Positions 1 through 7,829 of a DNA stretch of 31,321 nucleotides are shown piece by piece. Both the position numbers and the translations under genes were made by a program. The stretch is taken from NCBI GenBank assembly GCA_031367385.1, contig JANLPS010000204.1, positions 1-31,321 on the forward strand, in the 5' to 3' direction. Source of the DNA: Archangium sp. Its GTDB lineage: Bacteria > Myxococcota > Myxococcia > Myxococcales > Myxococcaceae. The stretch's first letter is position 1, and each line of letters begins with the position of its first letter. Under the pieces are notes generated by a model, which worked only from the letters and a program-made list of their open reading frames with translations, did not search any database and had not been told where the DNA came from.

Positions 1-451
1 CGAGCACCGCGCCGGCGACGAGCGGGCTCCAGGCTTCGTGACCGGGGCGCAGCTGCGCGTCGCCCGAGGCCTGGGTCGTCAACATCGGCTGCCAGGGTGC
101 CTTGGCCGCGACCACGGCGACTGGCCTGGGCACCGGCACCACTTCGGTATGCGACGACGAGGTCATCACCAGGGCCATCGCCGCGAGCGCGACCGGAGCG
201 GCCCACAGCACCCAGCGCCACCGAAAGGGTTCGGGCGGCAAGCCCAGCTCGAGGCTCTCATTGAGCCGCGCTTCGACGCGACGAAATGCCATGTCGCCCA
301 GGGTGTAGGGGGCCAGGCCCTTGAGCAGGCGCTGCCGCCCGCGGGCGAGAATCACCGCGTCACGGCAGGTGGCGCAGGCCTCGAGGTGCGCGTCGGCCTC
401 GGGCTTCGAGGCGAGGGCTTCGATGCGCTCCGTGGCGAGGTGTGCGGTCAC
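1..451 (-). CDS. Zinc-binding (ZAS) transmembrane anti-sigma factor, probably with FecR-like periplasmic part; runs off the left edge
   Basis: Not in the ORF track; translated by hand from GTG at 451, directly after the sigma TAG: MTAHLATERIEALASKPEADAHLEACATCR (HxxxCxxC), then a hydrophobic segment WRWVLWAAPVALAAMALVM; no stop before position 1. Confidence 0.85.
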   Translation of the reverse strand, partial: MTAHLATERIEALASKPEADAHLEACATCRDAVILARGRQRLLKGLAPYTLGDMAFRRVEARLNESLELGLPPEPFRWRWVLWAAPVALAAMALVMTSSSHTEVVPVPRPVAVVAAKAPWQPMLTTQASGDAQLRPGHEAWSPLVAGAVL

Positions 452-1069
452 CTAGGCACCTCCGAAAAATTCAGCGAGCGCGGGGTCGGCCTTGGCGAGC
501 ACCTCGATCTCGCGGCGGGCGTAGAACAGACGCGTGCGTACGGTCAGCACGTTGGTGCCGAGCACCTCGGCGATGTGCACCGCGTCGAGCCCTTGCAGGT
601 CGTGCATCACCAGCACGGTGCGCTTCTTGGGCGAGAGCTGCAGCAAGAGCGCTTCGACGCGGGCCTGGCGTTCGGCCGAGAGGGTGACCTCGACCGGCTG
701 CGGCGCGGCGTCGACCTGCTCGGGGAGATCTTCGACGATGTCGAGGCGCGACCGGGTGTGGCGGCGCCGGGCCTTCATCGCCACGTGCACCGCGACCCGG
801 TAGAGCCAGGTGGTGAAGGCGCTCTTGCCTTGAAAGCGTTTGATGCTGCGAAAGACCTCGATGAACACGTCTTGGAGCACGTCTTCTAAGTCTGAGCGGG
901 GCACCAGAAAGGTCAGCTGCCGCGAGACCTGCCGATGGTACGAGGCGTAGAGCTCACGAAAAGCGGCGACCTCACCCGCCTGGGCCCGCTCGACCACATC
1001 GGTGCGAGGCAAGGCCTTCACCCGACTGACCTGTACTGCCGCCGTCCCCTGAGTGTCCAGCCAGAGCAT
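452..1069 (-). CDS. ECF RNA polymerase sigma-70 family factor
   Basis: Region 2 motifs (DLEDVLQDVFIEVFRSIKRFQGKSAFTTWLYRVA) and region 4 HTH (IAEVLGTNVLTVRTRLFYAR); start uncertain (1069, 1021, or frameshifted 1100). Confidence 0.93.
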   Translation of the reverse strand: MLWLDTQGTAAVQVSRVKALPRTDVVERAQAGEVAAFRELYASYHRQVSRQLTFLVPRSDLEDVLQDVFIEVFRSIKRFQGKSAFTTWLYRVAVHVAMKARRRHTRSRLDIVEDLPEQVDAAPQPVEVTLSAERQARVEALLLQLSPKKRTVLVMHDLQGLDAVHIAEVLGTNVLTVRTRLFYARREIEVLAKADPALAEFFGGA

Positions 1070-1134
1070 GCCCGTGGGTGCCCACGGCGGTGGGCTTCAT
1101 TCAGCCTCCTCTTGCGAGGGGGCCGCAGGTGTGC

Positions 1135-1159
1135 GACGCAAACGGCCCCCCGTGAAATC
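1135..1159 (-). promoter_or_regulatory. Candidate ECF-type autoregulatory promoter (GATTT-N16-CGTC)
   Basis: Minus strand reads gatttcacggggggccgtttgcgtc upstream of the ECF gene; CGTC -10 and 16-nt spacer are typical of ECF promoters. Confidence 0.3.
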
Positions 1160-1877
1160 AACCACGCTCAGCTTGGGTCAGAGGCTCTTTCGGCTGCGCA
1201 GCCTGACGCCGGTGCCGGTCATTGCATTCTGTGTGTGGGTGTTGAGCCAATCGCAGGGTGAAGTGCCCGTGTATGGAGCGGTTTTTCCCGCGGTGGGCAT
1301 CACGATTGCCTTGCTTGGCCAGGCCCTGCGGTACTTCACGCTGGGGTGGGTGCCCGAAGGCACGAGCGGTCAAAACCTCACGATTCAGGCCGCGACCCTC
1401 AACACCCGCGGGCCGTATTCATATGTGCGCAACCCACTCTATGTGGGCAACCTCTGCATCATCGTGGGGCTGCTCTGCGTGGCCGACAATTGGTTGGTCG
1501 CGCTGGTGGGGCTGGGCTTTTTCTTCGGCGAGTACTTCTTCATCGTTCGTGCTGAAGAGGCGTACCTGCGCGGCAAGTTTCCCGAGGCGTTCGAGGCGTT
1601 CAGCAAGCGGGTGCCGCGGTGGGTGCCGAGGTTGACTCCGGCGTTCGAAGAGGGGCGGTTGCGCGATGGTGGCTTCGATTGGCGCCGGGCGTTGAAGAAA
1701 GAGATCAACCCGTTCGCGGCATGGGTTTCGGGGGCGGTTGGGGTTCTGCTGTGGCAGCGGTGGGCCAATGGGTCGCTCGAGAGCCGCACGTCGGTGGTGC
1801 TGCTGGGCCTGTGGAGCGCCACGGTGCTCGCGTTGCTGATCATCAAAGCGTGGAAGAAAGGGTGGTTGTTCTCATGA
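1152..1877 (+). CDS. Isoprenylcysteine carboxyl methyltransferase (ICMT/Ste14)-family membrane methyltransferase
   Basis: LNTRGPYSYVRNPLYVGN and EEAYLRGKF..VPRWVP motifs, several TM helices; GTG 1152 chosen to avoid overlapping the divergent sigma gene. Confidence 0.85.
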   Translation: MKSTTLSLGQRLFRLRSLTPVPVIAFCVWVLSQSQGEVPVYGAVFPAVGITIALLGQALRYFTLGWVPEGTSGQNLTIQAATLNTRGPYSYVRNPLYVGNLCIIVGLLCVADNWLVALVGLGFFFGEYFFIVRAEEAYLRGKFPEAFEAFSKRVPRWVPRLTPAFEEGRLRDGGFDWRRALKKEINPFAAWVSGAVGVLLWQRWANGSLESRTSVVLLGLWSATVLALLIIKAWKKGWLFS

Positions 1878-2764
1878 GCCAAAAGCGAGAAGCGAACAGC
1901 AAGGGGCGGCGGCCGGTGAAGAAGCTCGAGCCGGTGTTGGCGAAGCCACGGCCGGTCTCGAAGAGCGAGCCGATGATCGCGAAGGCACGGCCTGCGCCTT
2001 CGAGGGGCAGCGAGCTCGACCAGCGGGGTGACGCTCCGGGAGACCTGGTTCGCAAGTTCGAAGGCCGCGAGGTGCTGCAGGCGCTGCTCAGCGCTTCAGG
2101 GTCGCTGGCCGATGCTGAAGACGTGGCCGAGGTGTTTCGCCAGGCCGCCGACGTCGATGCGCCGCCCTCGGTGGTGATTCAAGCCCTGTGGGAAGACGAG
2201 CCCATCTTCGAGACTCCGGCCAAGGCGCGCCGAATGTTCAGCAATCTTCTCGGCTTGCACGATTTGATCGTGTCGGGCGTGAAGGTCGACCTGAGGCCCG
2301 ACGCTCCGCCGGTGCGAACCAAGCGCGAGAAGGCCAAGCAGCCCGAGGCGTTCGATGAGGTGCCCGATGAGGGGTTCGTCGAGGCGGCCTGGCGCTTCTT
2401 CGACGACCACCCCAAAGATCGGGAGCGCCACCAGCACGCGTTCGAGAATCGGCAAGACGCGCTGCTGAGCTGGGTCGACGAAGCGGGCCTCTCTGACGAG
2501 GGGTTTGGGCTGACCACGATGATGCTCAGCGATGTGTTCGCGATGCTCGAGCTCGGGGGCATGCACATCGGGCTGGTGAAGCCGGCCGCGATACCCAAAG
2601 TGGTGACTGATGAGTCGCTGCCGCCGGCGTTGGCGGCGTGGGTCGATGAGGGCATCTTCGAGGCCGAAGAGCACGAGGCAGCTCCGCTGGCGGCGGCGCA
2701 GGCCCAACGGGTGCGCGATCTGGCGCTCCGGGGGTCGGCGGCGCTCTGGGCGGTGTGTCGCTAG
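1874..2764 (+). CDS. Hypothetical protein, basic N-terminal tail and acidic helical body
   Basis: ATGA overlap with the upstream stop; long ORF with GC-biased third codon positions. Confidence 0.75.
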   Translation: MSQKREANSKGRRPVKKLEPVLAKPRPVSKSEPMIAKARPAPSRGSELDQRGDAPGDLVRKFEGREVLQALLSASGSLADAEDVAEVFRQAADVDAPPSVVIQALWEDEPIFETPAKARRMFSNLLGLHDLIVSGVKVDLRPDAPPVRTKREKAKQPEAFDEVPDEGFVEAAWRFFDDHPKDRERHQHAFENRQDALLSWVDEAGLSDEGFGLTTMMLSDVFAMLELGGMHIGLVKPAAIPKVVTDESLPPALAAWVDEGIFEAEEHEAAPLAAAQAQRVRDLALRGSAALWAVCR

Positions 2765-4434
2765 CGCTCACGCTCCTCGTGCTGGGGAGCGGGGCTCTCG
2801 GGCCTCGGCCAGAGGTGCTCGAGACCGAGGCCGTCGAGCAAGCGGTGGTCGCACTGCGCGAAGCCGGTTTTCCGGCGATGGCGCAGTATCGGGCGTTCGT
2901 CATCACCACGACCTGTGATGCCGCCACGAAGGTCAGACATGGTTGGGTGGCTGCCGATGGCCGAACCGCCCTGGGGTGGGACGGGGTGGTGTACCCGATT
3001 TCGCCAGCGGTACCAGAGCACGCGAGCGTGGATTCGGACCTGCAGGCGTACGCGGCGAAGAAGAAGCTGACTGCAATTGCGGTGATGGTGCTGGCGAACC
3101 AGGGTGCCCCGGGGCAGGCGATGTCGGTGTGGAGAAAGCTTCGCCACTCGCCCGAGCTAACCGTGGCGCAAGCGCTGGCGACCGATTGGAGCCAGCAGCT
3201 GCTCAAGCGCGCGGTGTGCCTTCACCGGCTCGGCTCTGATGAGGCGGCGCTGGCGGCGCTCGAGACCATCGAGTCGCTGGCCAAGCGCGGGCTGGCAGAG
3301 CCCGAGGTCGAGGCCAGCGAGCTGTTGGCTGATCAGCGCCGTCGGGCCCGGCCGGAGCGAACGGCCCTGGCGTACACGGCGACTCCGACGTCAGACGAGC
3401 TGCGAAATTGGGTCGATCACCTCGATGAAGTGGGCGTGCGCCCTGCCCTGCAGCTGCCTGGTTTTCTGGGCCGCGAAGAGCCGCTGATCGATGGCCTGGC
3501 GAAGCTGGGGGCACCGATCGCCGAGGAGATCATCGACGCGACCGAGCGTGACAACCGGCTCACGCGGGTCGAGGGCAAGGGCCTGCGGTTTCTGCCGGTC
3601 AGTGAAGTGGCGCTGAGGGTGATGCTCACGATGTTCAACCCCCGCTTGAGCCAAGACGAGCTCGACGCCGAGGCGAAGCAACCCAGAGCGCGGTTGCTGC
3701 GAGCGCGCTGGGCGGAGTGGAAGAAAATGGGGCCGGCCGAGCGAGCCATCACCACGTTGGATGATGACGGCTCTGCGGGGCTCTGGGCGCAGGCAGCGAG
3801 CGAGCTCGGCCAAGCGATCGATGAAGGTGACCCGGCGCTGAAGACCCTGAGGGACCGACCCGCTCCGACGGTGACGATGCAGTTGATCAAGCGAATCAGT
3901 GAGAAAGACCCTCGGTGCGAGGTGGCCAAGGTGCTGCACAAGTGGGCTCCCGAGGAGTCACTCGACGCGCTCGAGCAGGTCACTGGCGCGTGTCTGCCGT
4001 GGGCGGCGCAGGTGCTCGCTGAGAACGGCCGGCTGGGAGGGCTGGACAGGCTGGCGCTCGCGATGAAGGGGAAGACCGTCGGTCTCTCTTCGCTGGTCAC
4101 GGCCTGCGGCCACCCTGAGCATGCGGGCCTTCAGCGTGCATTGACCGCGGCTTTGGCGGCGCCTGCGAAGGCAGACACGGTGTCGTTTGCGCCCGGCAAT
4201 GCGTGGGGGCCTCTGCTGCGATGTGCGCCGTTCAATTCGTTCTTGAAGCGTGCGCTGAGTGACTCGAGGCCGCTGAAGCTGGGTGGGCGAACGCGTCGCA
4301 CTGAAGATGCGTACGCCAACGAGCTCGCTGCGGGCTTCCCCACGGCGCCGGCGTTTCAGATCGACGGGAGCGTTGTGGTGCGAGACTCACAGCTCAAGGC
4401 GGTGCGGGCGTGGGTGGCTGAGCAGGCTCGGTAA
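2755..4434 (+). CDS. Hypothetical secreted alpha-helical protein
   Basis: 559-aa ORF overlapping the upstream stop; hydrophobic N-terminus MSLALTLLVLGSGALG; no family recognised. Confidence 0.7.
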   Translation: MSLALTLLVLGSGALGPRPEVLETEAVEQAVVALREAGFPAMAQYRAFVITTTCDAATKVRHGWVAADGRTALGWDGVVYPISPAVPEHASVDSDLQAYAAKKKLTAIAVMVLANQGAPGQAMSVWRKLRHSPELTVAQALATDWSQQLLKRAVCLHRLGSDEAALAALETIESLAKRGLAEPEVEASELLADQRRRARPERTALAYTATPTSDELRNWVDHLDEVGVRPALQLPGFLGREEPLIDGLAKLGAPIAEEIIDATERDNRLTRVEGKGLRFLPVSEVALRVMLTMFNPRLSQDELDAEAKQPRARLLRARWAEWKKMGPAERAITTLDDDGSAGLWAQAASELGQAIDEGDPALKTLRDRPAPTVTMQLIKRISEKDPRCEVAKVLHKWAPEESLDALEQVTGACLPWAAQVLAENGRLGGLDRLALAMKGKTVGLSSLVTACGHPEHAGLQRALTAALAAPAKADTVSFAPGNAWGPLLRCAPFNSFLKRALSDSRPLKLGGRTRRTEDAYANELAAGFPTAPAFQIDGSVVVRDSQLKAVRAWVAEQAR

Positions 4435-4444
4435 AGGCCGAGGG

Positions 4445-5140
4445 TTAGGCGCTTGCCGATTGGAGCGCGTGCAGCACCGGGACGGTGAGCTCCATGCCAG
4501 GCGTCACGACGTCGGCGTTGCTCACCACATCGCGGCTCGCCTCGAAGATCTTCGTGTAGAGCTTGGCGTCGCCGTACATCGTCTTGGCGATGCCACCGAG
4601 GGTGTCGCCCTGCTTCACCGTGTACTTGATGCCGCTGATCGGAGGCACGCGAATGACCCAATCGACGTCGAGCGCGTCGACGTTCTTGATCAGCTGCTGG
4701 TTCGCGGTTGCGATCTGCGGGTACGCCATGATGATGCCGTAATAATGCTTGGCGATGAGAGAGAGCGTGTCGCCGGTGCGCACCCGGTGCAGCACGCCTG
4801 GCGGCTCGGGCACGACGACCGTCAGCGCATCGTCATTCACCTGCGAAATACCCTCATGGTTGCCGACGAAGACGATGAGCTTCTCTTTGCCGGCCTGGCT
4901 GCGGGCCGTGCCGGCGACGTGAGCGACGCCATTCGCGCGAACCCTGACCGTCGGAGCGTCGACGTCGAGGCCGAGGGCGATCACCTTCTCGGTCAGCTCT
5001 GCCGACATCTGGTCTCGAAGCGCTTGCTCGACCTTCACCCGCTCGACCTCTGAGTCGAGCTTCTTCGCCGCTTCTTGCTTCTCAAAATAGTCGATGCCCA
5101 ACTTCGCGCCAGCCTTCGAGATGAAATCGAACATGCCCAT
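4445..5140 (-). CDS. Kbp/YgaU-like BON-LysM protein with two LysM domains
   Basis: N-terminus MGMFDFISKAGAKLG; BON end VGNHEGISQV; LysM1 HRVRTGDTLSLIAKHYYG; LysM2 YTVKQGDTLGGIAKTMYGD. Confidence 0.9.
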   Translation of the reverse strand: MGMFDFISKAGAKLGIDYFEKQEAAKKLDSEVERVKVEQALRDQMSAELTEKVIALGLDVDAPTVRVRANGVAHVAGTARSQAGKEKLIVFVGNHEGISQVNDDALTVVVPEPPGVLHRVRTGDTLSLIAKHYYGIIMAYPQIATANQQLIKNVDALDVDWVIRVPPISGIKYTVKQGDTLGGIAKTMYGDAKLYTKIFEASRDVVSNADVVTPGMELTVPVLHALQSASA

Positions 5141-5213
5141 ACCGGGGCAATAGCTCAGCGCACCTCAGGTTGTGTCGAAGAAGCGCGCCGCACCCGGCCG
5201 AACCTGCAGGCTT

Positions 5214-6401
5214 TTAGTCATTGCCGAACGCGTTGAGCCCGGTGATGGCCTTGCCGAGAATCAGCGTATGCACCTCGTGCGTGCCTTCGTAGGTGTAGAC
5301 GCTCTCGAGGTTCAGCATGTGCCGCACCGGTGGGTACTCGTCGGTGATGCCGTTGGCGCCGTAGATGCCGCGCGCCACCCGGGCGATGTCGAGGGCCGCC
5401 TTGACGTTGTTGCGCTTGCACAGCGACACCTGCTCCGGAGACACCTTGCCGTGCTCGTCGCACATGCGCGCAAGCCGCAGCGCGAGCAGTTGGCCTTTGA
5501 CGATTTCTTGCAGCATGTCGGCGAGCTTCTCTTGCGTGAGCTGAAACCCGGCGATGGGCTTGCCGAAGGTCTTTCGCTCGAGTGAATACGCTCGCGCGCC
5601 TTCGAAGCAGGCGACGGCGGCACCCATCACCGCGAACGAAATGCCCATGCGGGCCTTGTTGAGGCACGACAGCGGCCCCCGCAGGCCCTGCACGCCGGGC
5701 AGCATGTTCGTCGCTGGCACCTTCACGTCGGCGAACGACAGCTCGGCGGTGTACGAGGCGCGCAGCGAGAACTTGCCCTCGATTTCTTTCGCCACGTACC
5801 CGGGCATGCCCTTCTCGACCAGAAAGCCGCGAATCGAATCAGCTTTACCGTCGTCGACTTTCGCCCAGACGATGGCCACGTCGGCGATGGTGCCGTTGGT
5901 GATCCACATCTTCGAGCCGTTGAGCACGTAGTGATCGCCCTGCTTCTTCGCGCGGGTCACCATGCCGCCGGGGTCTGACCCGTAGTCGGGCTCGGTCAGG
6001 CCGAAGCACCCGATGATCTTGCCCTGGGCCATGCCGGGCAGAAACCGCTGCTTCTGCTCTTCGTTGCCAAACGCGTGAATGGGAAACATGCACAGCGAGC
6101 TCTGAACAGAGGCGAAGCTGCGCAGCCCTGAATCGCCGCGCTCGAGCTCTTGCAAGATGAGCCCGTAGGCCACGTTCGAGAGACCGGCGCAGCCGTAGCC
6201 GGTGAGGGTCGCTCCGAAGACGCCGAGGTCGGCCAGCTTGGAGATCAGCTCGACTGGAAAGGTGCCGTTGCGAAAGTGGTGACCAACGATCGGCAGATAC
6301 TCTTTGTCGATGAAGCGGGCGATGGTGTCGCGAACCGCGCGCTCGTCAGCAGAGAGCAAATCATCGATGCGGTACAAGTCGGTAATGTCGGCACGGGCCA
6401 T
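5214..6401 (-). CDS. gcdH: Acyl-CoA dehydrogenase, glutaryl-CoA dehydrogenase-like
   Basis: ELERGDSGLRSFASVQSSL, GCFGLTEPDYGSDP, RHMLNLESVYTYEGTHEVHTLILG are characteristic of the GCDH subfamily; ATG 6401 preferred as start. Confidence 0.85.
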   Translation of the reverse strand: MARADITDLYRIDDLLSADERAVRDTIARFIDKEYLPIVGHHFRNGTFPVELISKLADLGVFGATLTGYGCAGLSNVAYGLILQELERGDSGLRSFASVQSSLCMFPIHAFGNEEQKQRFLPGMAQGKIIGCFGLTEPDYGSDPGGMVTRAKKQGDHYVLNGSKMWITNGTIADVAIVWAKVDDGKADSIRGFLVEKGMPGYVAKEIEGKFSLRASYTAELSFADVKVPATNMLPGVQGLRGPLSCLNKARMGISFAVMGAAVACFEGARAYSLERKTFGKPIAGFQLTQEKLADMLQEIVKGQLLALRLARMCDEHGKVSPEQVSLCKRNNVKAALDIARVARGIYGANGITDEYPPVRHMLNLESVYTYEGTHEVHTLILGKAITGLNAFGND

Positions 6402-6410
6402 GGGGCCAAG

Positions 6411-6439
6411 GGAGTACTCGCTGGCCCCCACCGGGTCAA
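6411..6439 (-). promoter_or_regulatory. Sigma-70-like promoter TTGACC-N17-TACTCC for the gcdH-like gene
   Basis: Exact 17-nt spacing; -10 hexamer ends 9 nt before the ATG. Confidence 0.5.
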
Positions 6440-6456
6440 CGCGTTGTGGGTGCGTT

Positions 6457-7629
6457 TTAGGGTTGAGCCGTGCCCGTGACCCAGGCTTTGCGAATCAGGC
6501 GGCCGCACTTGACCGAGCTGATCGCGCCTCCGAGGGTATCGCGGGCGATGATGCCGTAGAGCGTTTTGGTCGAGTCAACCCACGGGTAGAAGCCGAAGGC
6601 GCCCGGGCTGCTGAAGGCGCCGTCACCAACGGTTGGATCGTCTTCGACCCAGTGGCCGACCGAGTAGTGCCATTGCTCGCCCTTGGGCGTGGGGGAGCTG
6701 AGGGCCAGCGCGCAGGTGTCTGGGTCGGTGCACACCGCGTGGGTGCCCAGCACGCTCTTCATCACCAAGGTACCGGCGACGATTTTTCGCAGCAACTTGG
6801 CGTACCCGTTGGCTGACGTCTTGCCGCCACCCGCGGGCTGCGGCGAGTTGTAGCTGAAGTCGATCTCTGGGCCGACTTTCGAGAGAATCTCGGCGGCGAG
6901 GGTGGCTTCGGTGTAGGCGCCCAGCCCGTTGTTCTCGGCGTGCTTCTGCATGTGACCGCCGCCGTAGTCGAATTTGTTCTCAGTGGCCGGGTCGAGCGTG
7001 CCGCTGTTGCCCGCGAGGCACTCGGAGACGGTTTGGCTCTGCCCGCACTGGTTGAAGTTCGTGTAGCCGCTCCAGAAGTTGAGAAACTTGATGTCGTCGG
7101 CCGAGAGCACGCCCTGGGTTCGCTCGACGAAGTAGCTGCTGTAGAACCACTTCGAGGCTGAGGCGATCGCGATCGAGGTGTCGGCCTTGTAGGTCTTCGC
7201 GCCAGGGGCCGAGGCCACCACGCTCCCCGAGCCGAGCGTGCCGGTGGCGTCGCCGACCTCCCAGTAGAACGAGCCGATGGCGTTGCAGAGTGCCGAGCTC
7301 TCGGCGGTGGCCTTGGCAGCGGCGAAGCGAACGCCGCCATCGAAGGGGTCGACCGGGCGACCCGCGTCAGTGCCCGGCATGCCGGAGTCGAGCGCCTGGG
7401 TGCCGCTGTCGACGGTTGAGCCCGTACCGCCACCGGTGCCACCTGCGTCGAGACTACTGGTGGTGCCGCCCCCTGTTCCTCCGCCGGTGCCGCCTCCTGA
7501 GGCGCCGCTGTCAGATGAGGTCGCACCCGAATCAGCCCCGTCGCCCGCGCCCGGGGCTCCGCAGGCCACTGCGAGCAAACAAACCAACAAAATCGGGGTG
7601 TTCAAGCTGGGGTGGGGTCGCATTGCCAT
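6457..7629 (-). CDS. Lipoprotein with beta-lactamase/serine-hydrolase-like domain
   Basis: Lipobox LLAVAC; Gly/Ser/Thr linker with GGGT and DAG/DSG repeats; SxxK (IASASKW); SSPGAFGFYPWVD. Start 7629 or 7623. Confidence 0.75.
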   Translation of the reverse strand: MAMRPHPSLNTPILLVCLLAVACGAPGAGDGADSGATSSDSGASGGGTGGGTGGGTTSSLDAGGTGGGTGSTVDSGTQALDSGMPGTDAGRPVDPFDGGVRFAAAKATAESSALCNAIGSFYWEVGDATGTLGSGSVVASAPGAKTYKADTSIAIASASKWFYSSYFVERTQGVLSADDIKFLNFWSGYTNFNQCGQSQTVSECLAGNSGTLDPATENKFDYGGGHMQKHAENNGLGAYTEATLAAEILSKVGPEIDFSYNSPQPAGGGKTSANGYAKLLRKIVAGTLVMKSVLGTHAVCTDPDTCALALSSPTPKGEQWHYSVGHWVEDDPTVGDGAFSSPGAFGFYPWVDSTKTLYGIIARDTLGGAISSVKCGRLIRKAWVTGTAQP

Positions 7630-7722
7630 TCGAACACCTTGGCGCACGCTCGGTTTCGAACAAATTCTTGGCCGCAGGTCATGGCGCGGCGACCTGCCGG
7701 TCGAACGAAGTCGTGGCCATCA

Positions 7723-7750
7723 TAGTCATGATTACAATATTCATGAATTC
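7723..7750. promoter_or_regulatory. Tandem palindromic operator-like sites (TAGTCATGATTA and ATTCATGAAT)
   Basis: AT-rich patch upstream of the lipoprotein; two TCATGA-centred palindromes 15 bp apart. Confidence 0.4.
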
Positions 7751-7777
7751 TACTTGTGCGAGGTCTCCGCAGCGCCC

Positions 7778-7808
7778 AAAAAAAAAGGCGCCCGGTGAGT
7801 TGGGCGCC
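7778..7808 (-). terminator. Intrinsic terminator after the SPFH gene
   Basis: Minus strand GGCGCCC-aactcacc-GGGCGCC followed by 9 T, about 20 nt after the stop. Confidence 0.9.
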
Positions 7809-7829
7809 CTTCTTCAACTCAGGTGACGA

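Noticed and set aside
38..889. 283-aa plus-strand ORF
   Set aside because: Antisense shadow of the sigma and anti-sigma genes; Arg/His/Gly-rich with no motifs
7420..7510. GGGT-coding DNA repeats
   Set aside because: Explained by the low-complexity lipoprotein linker
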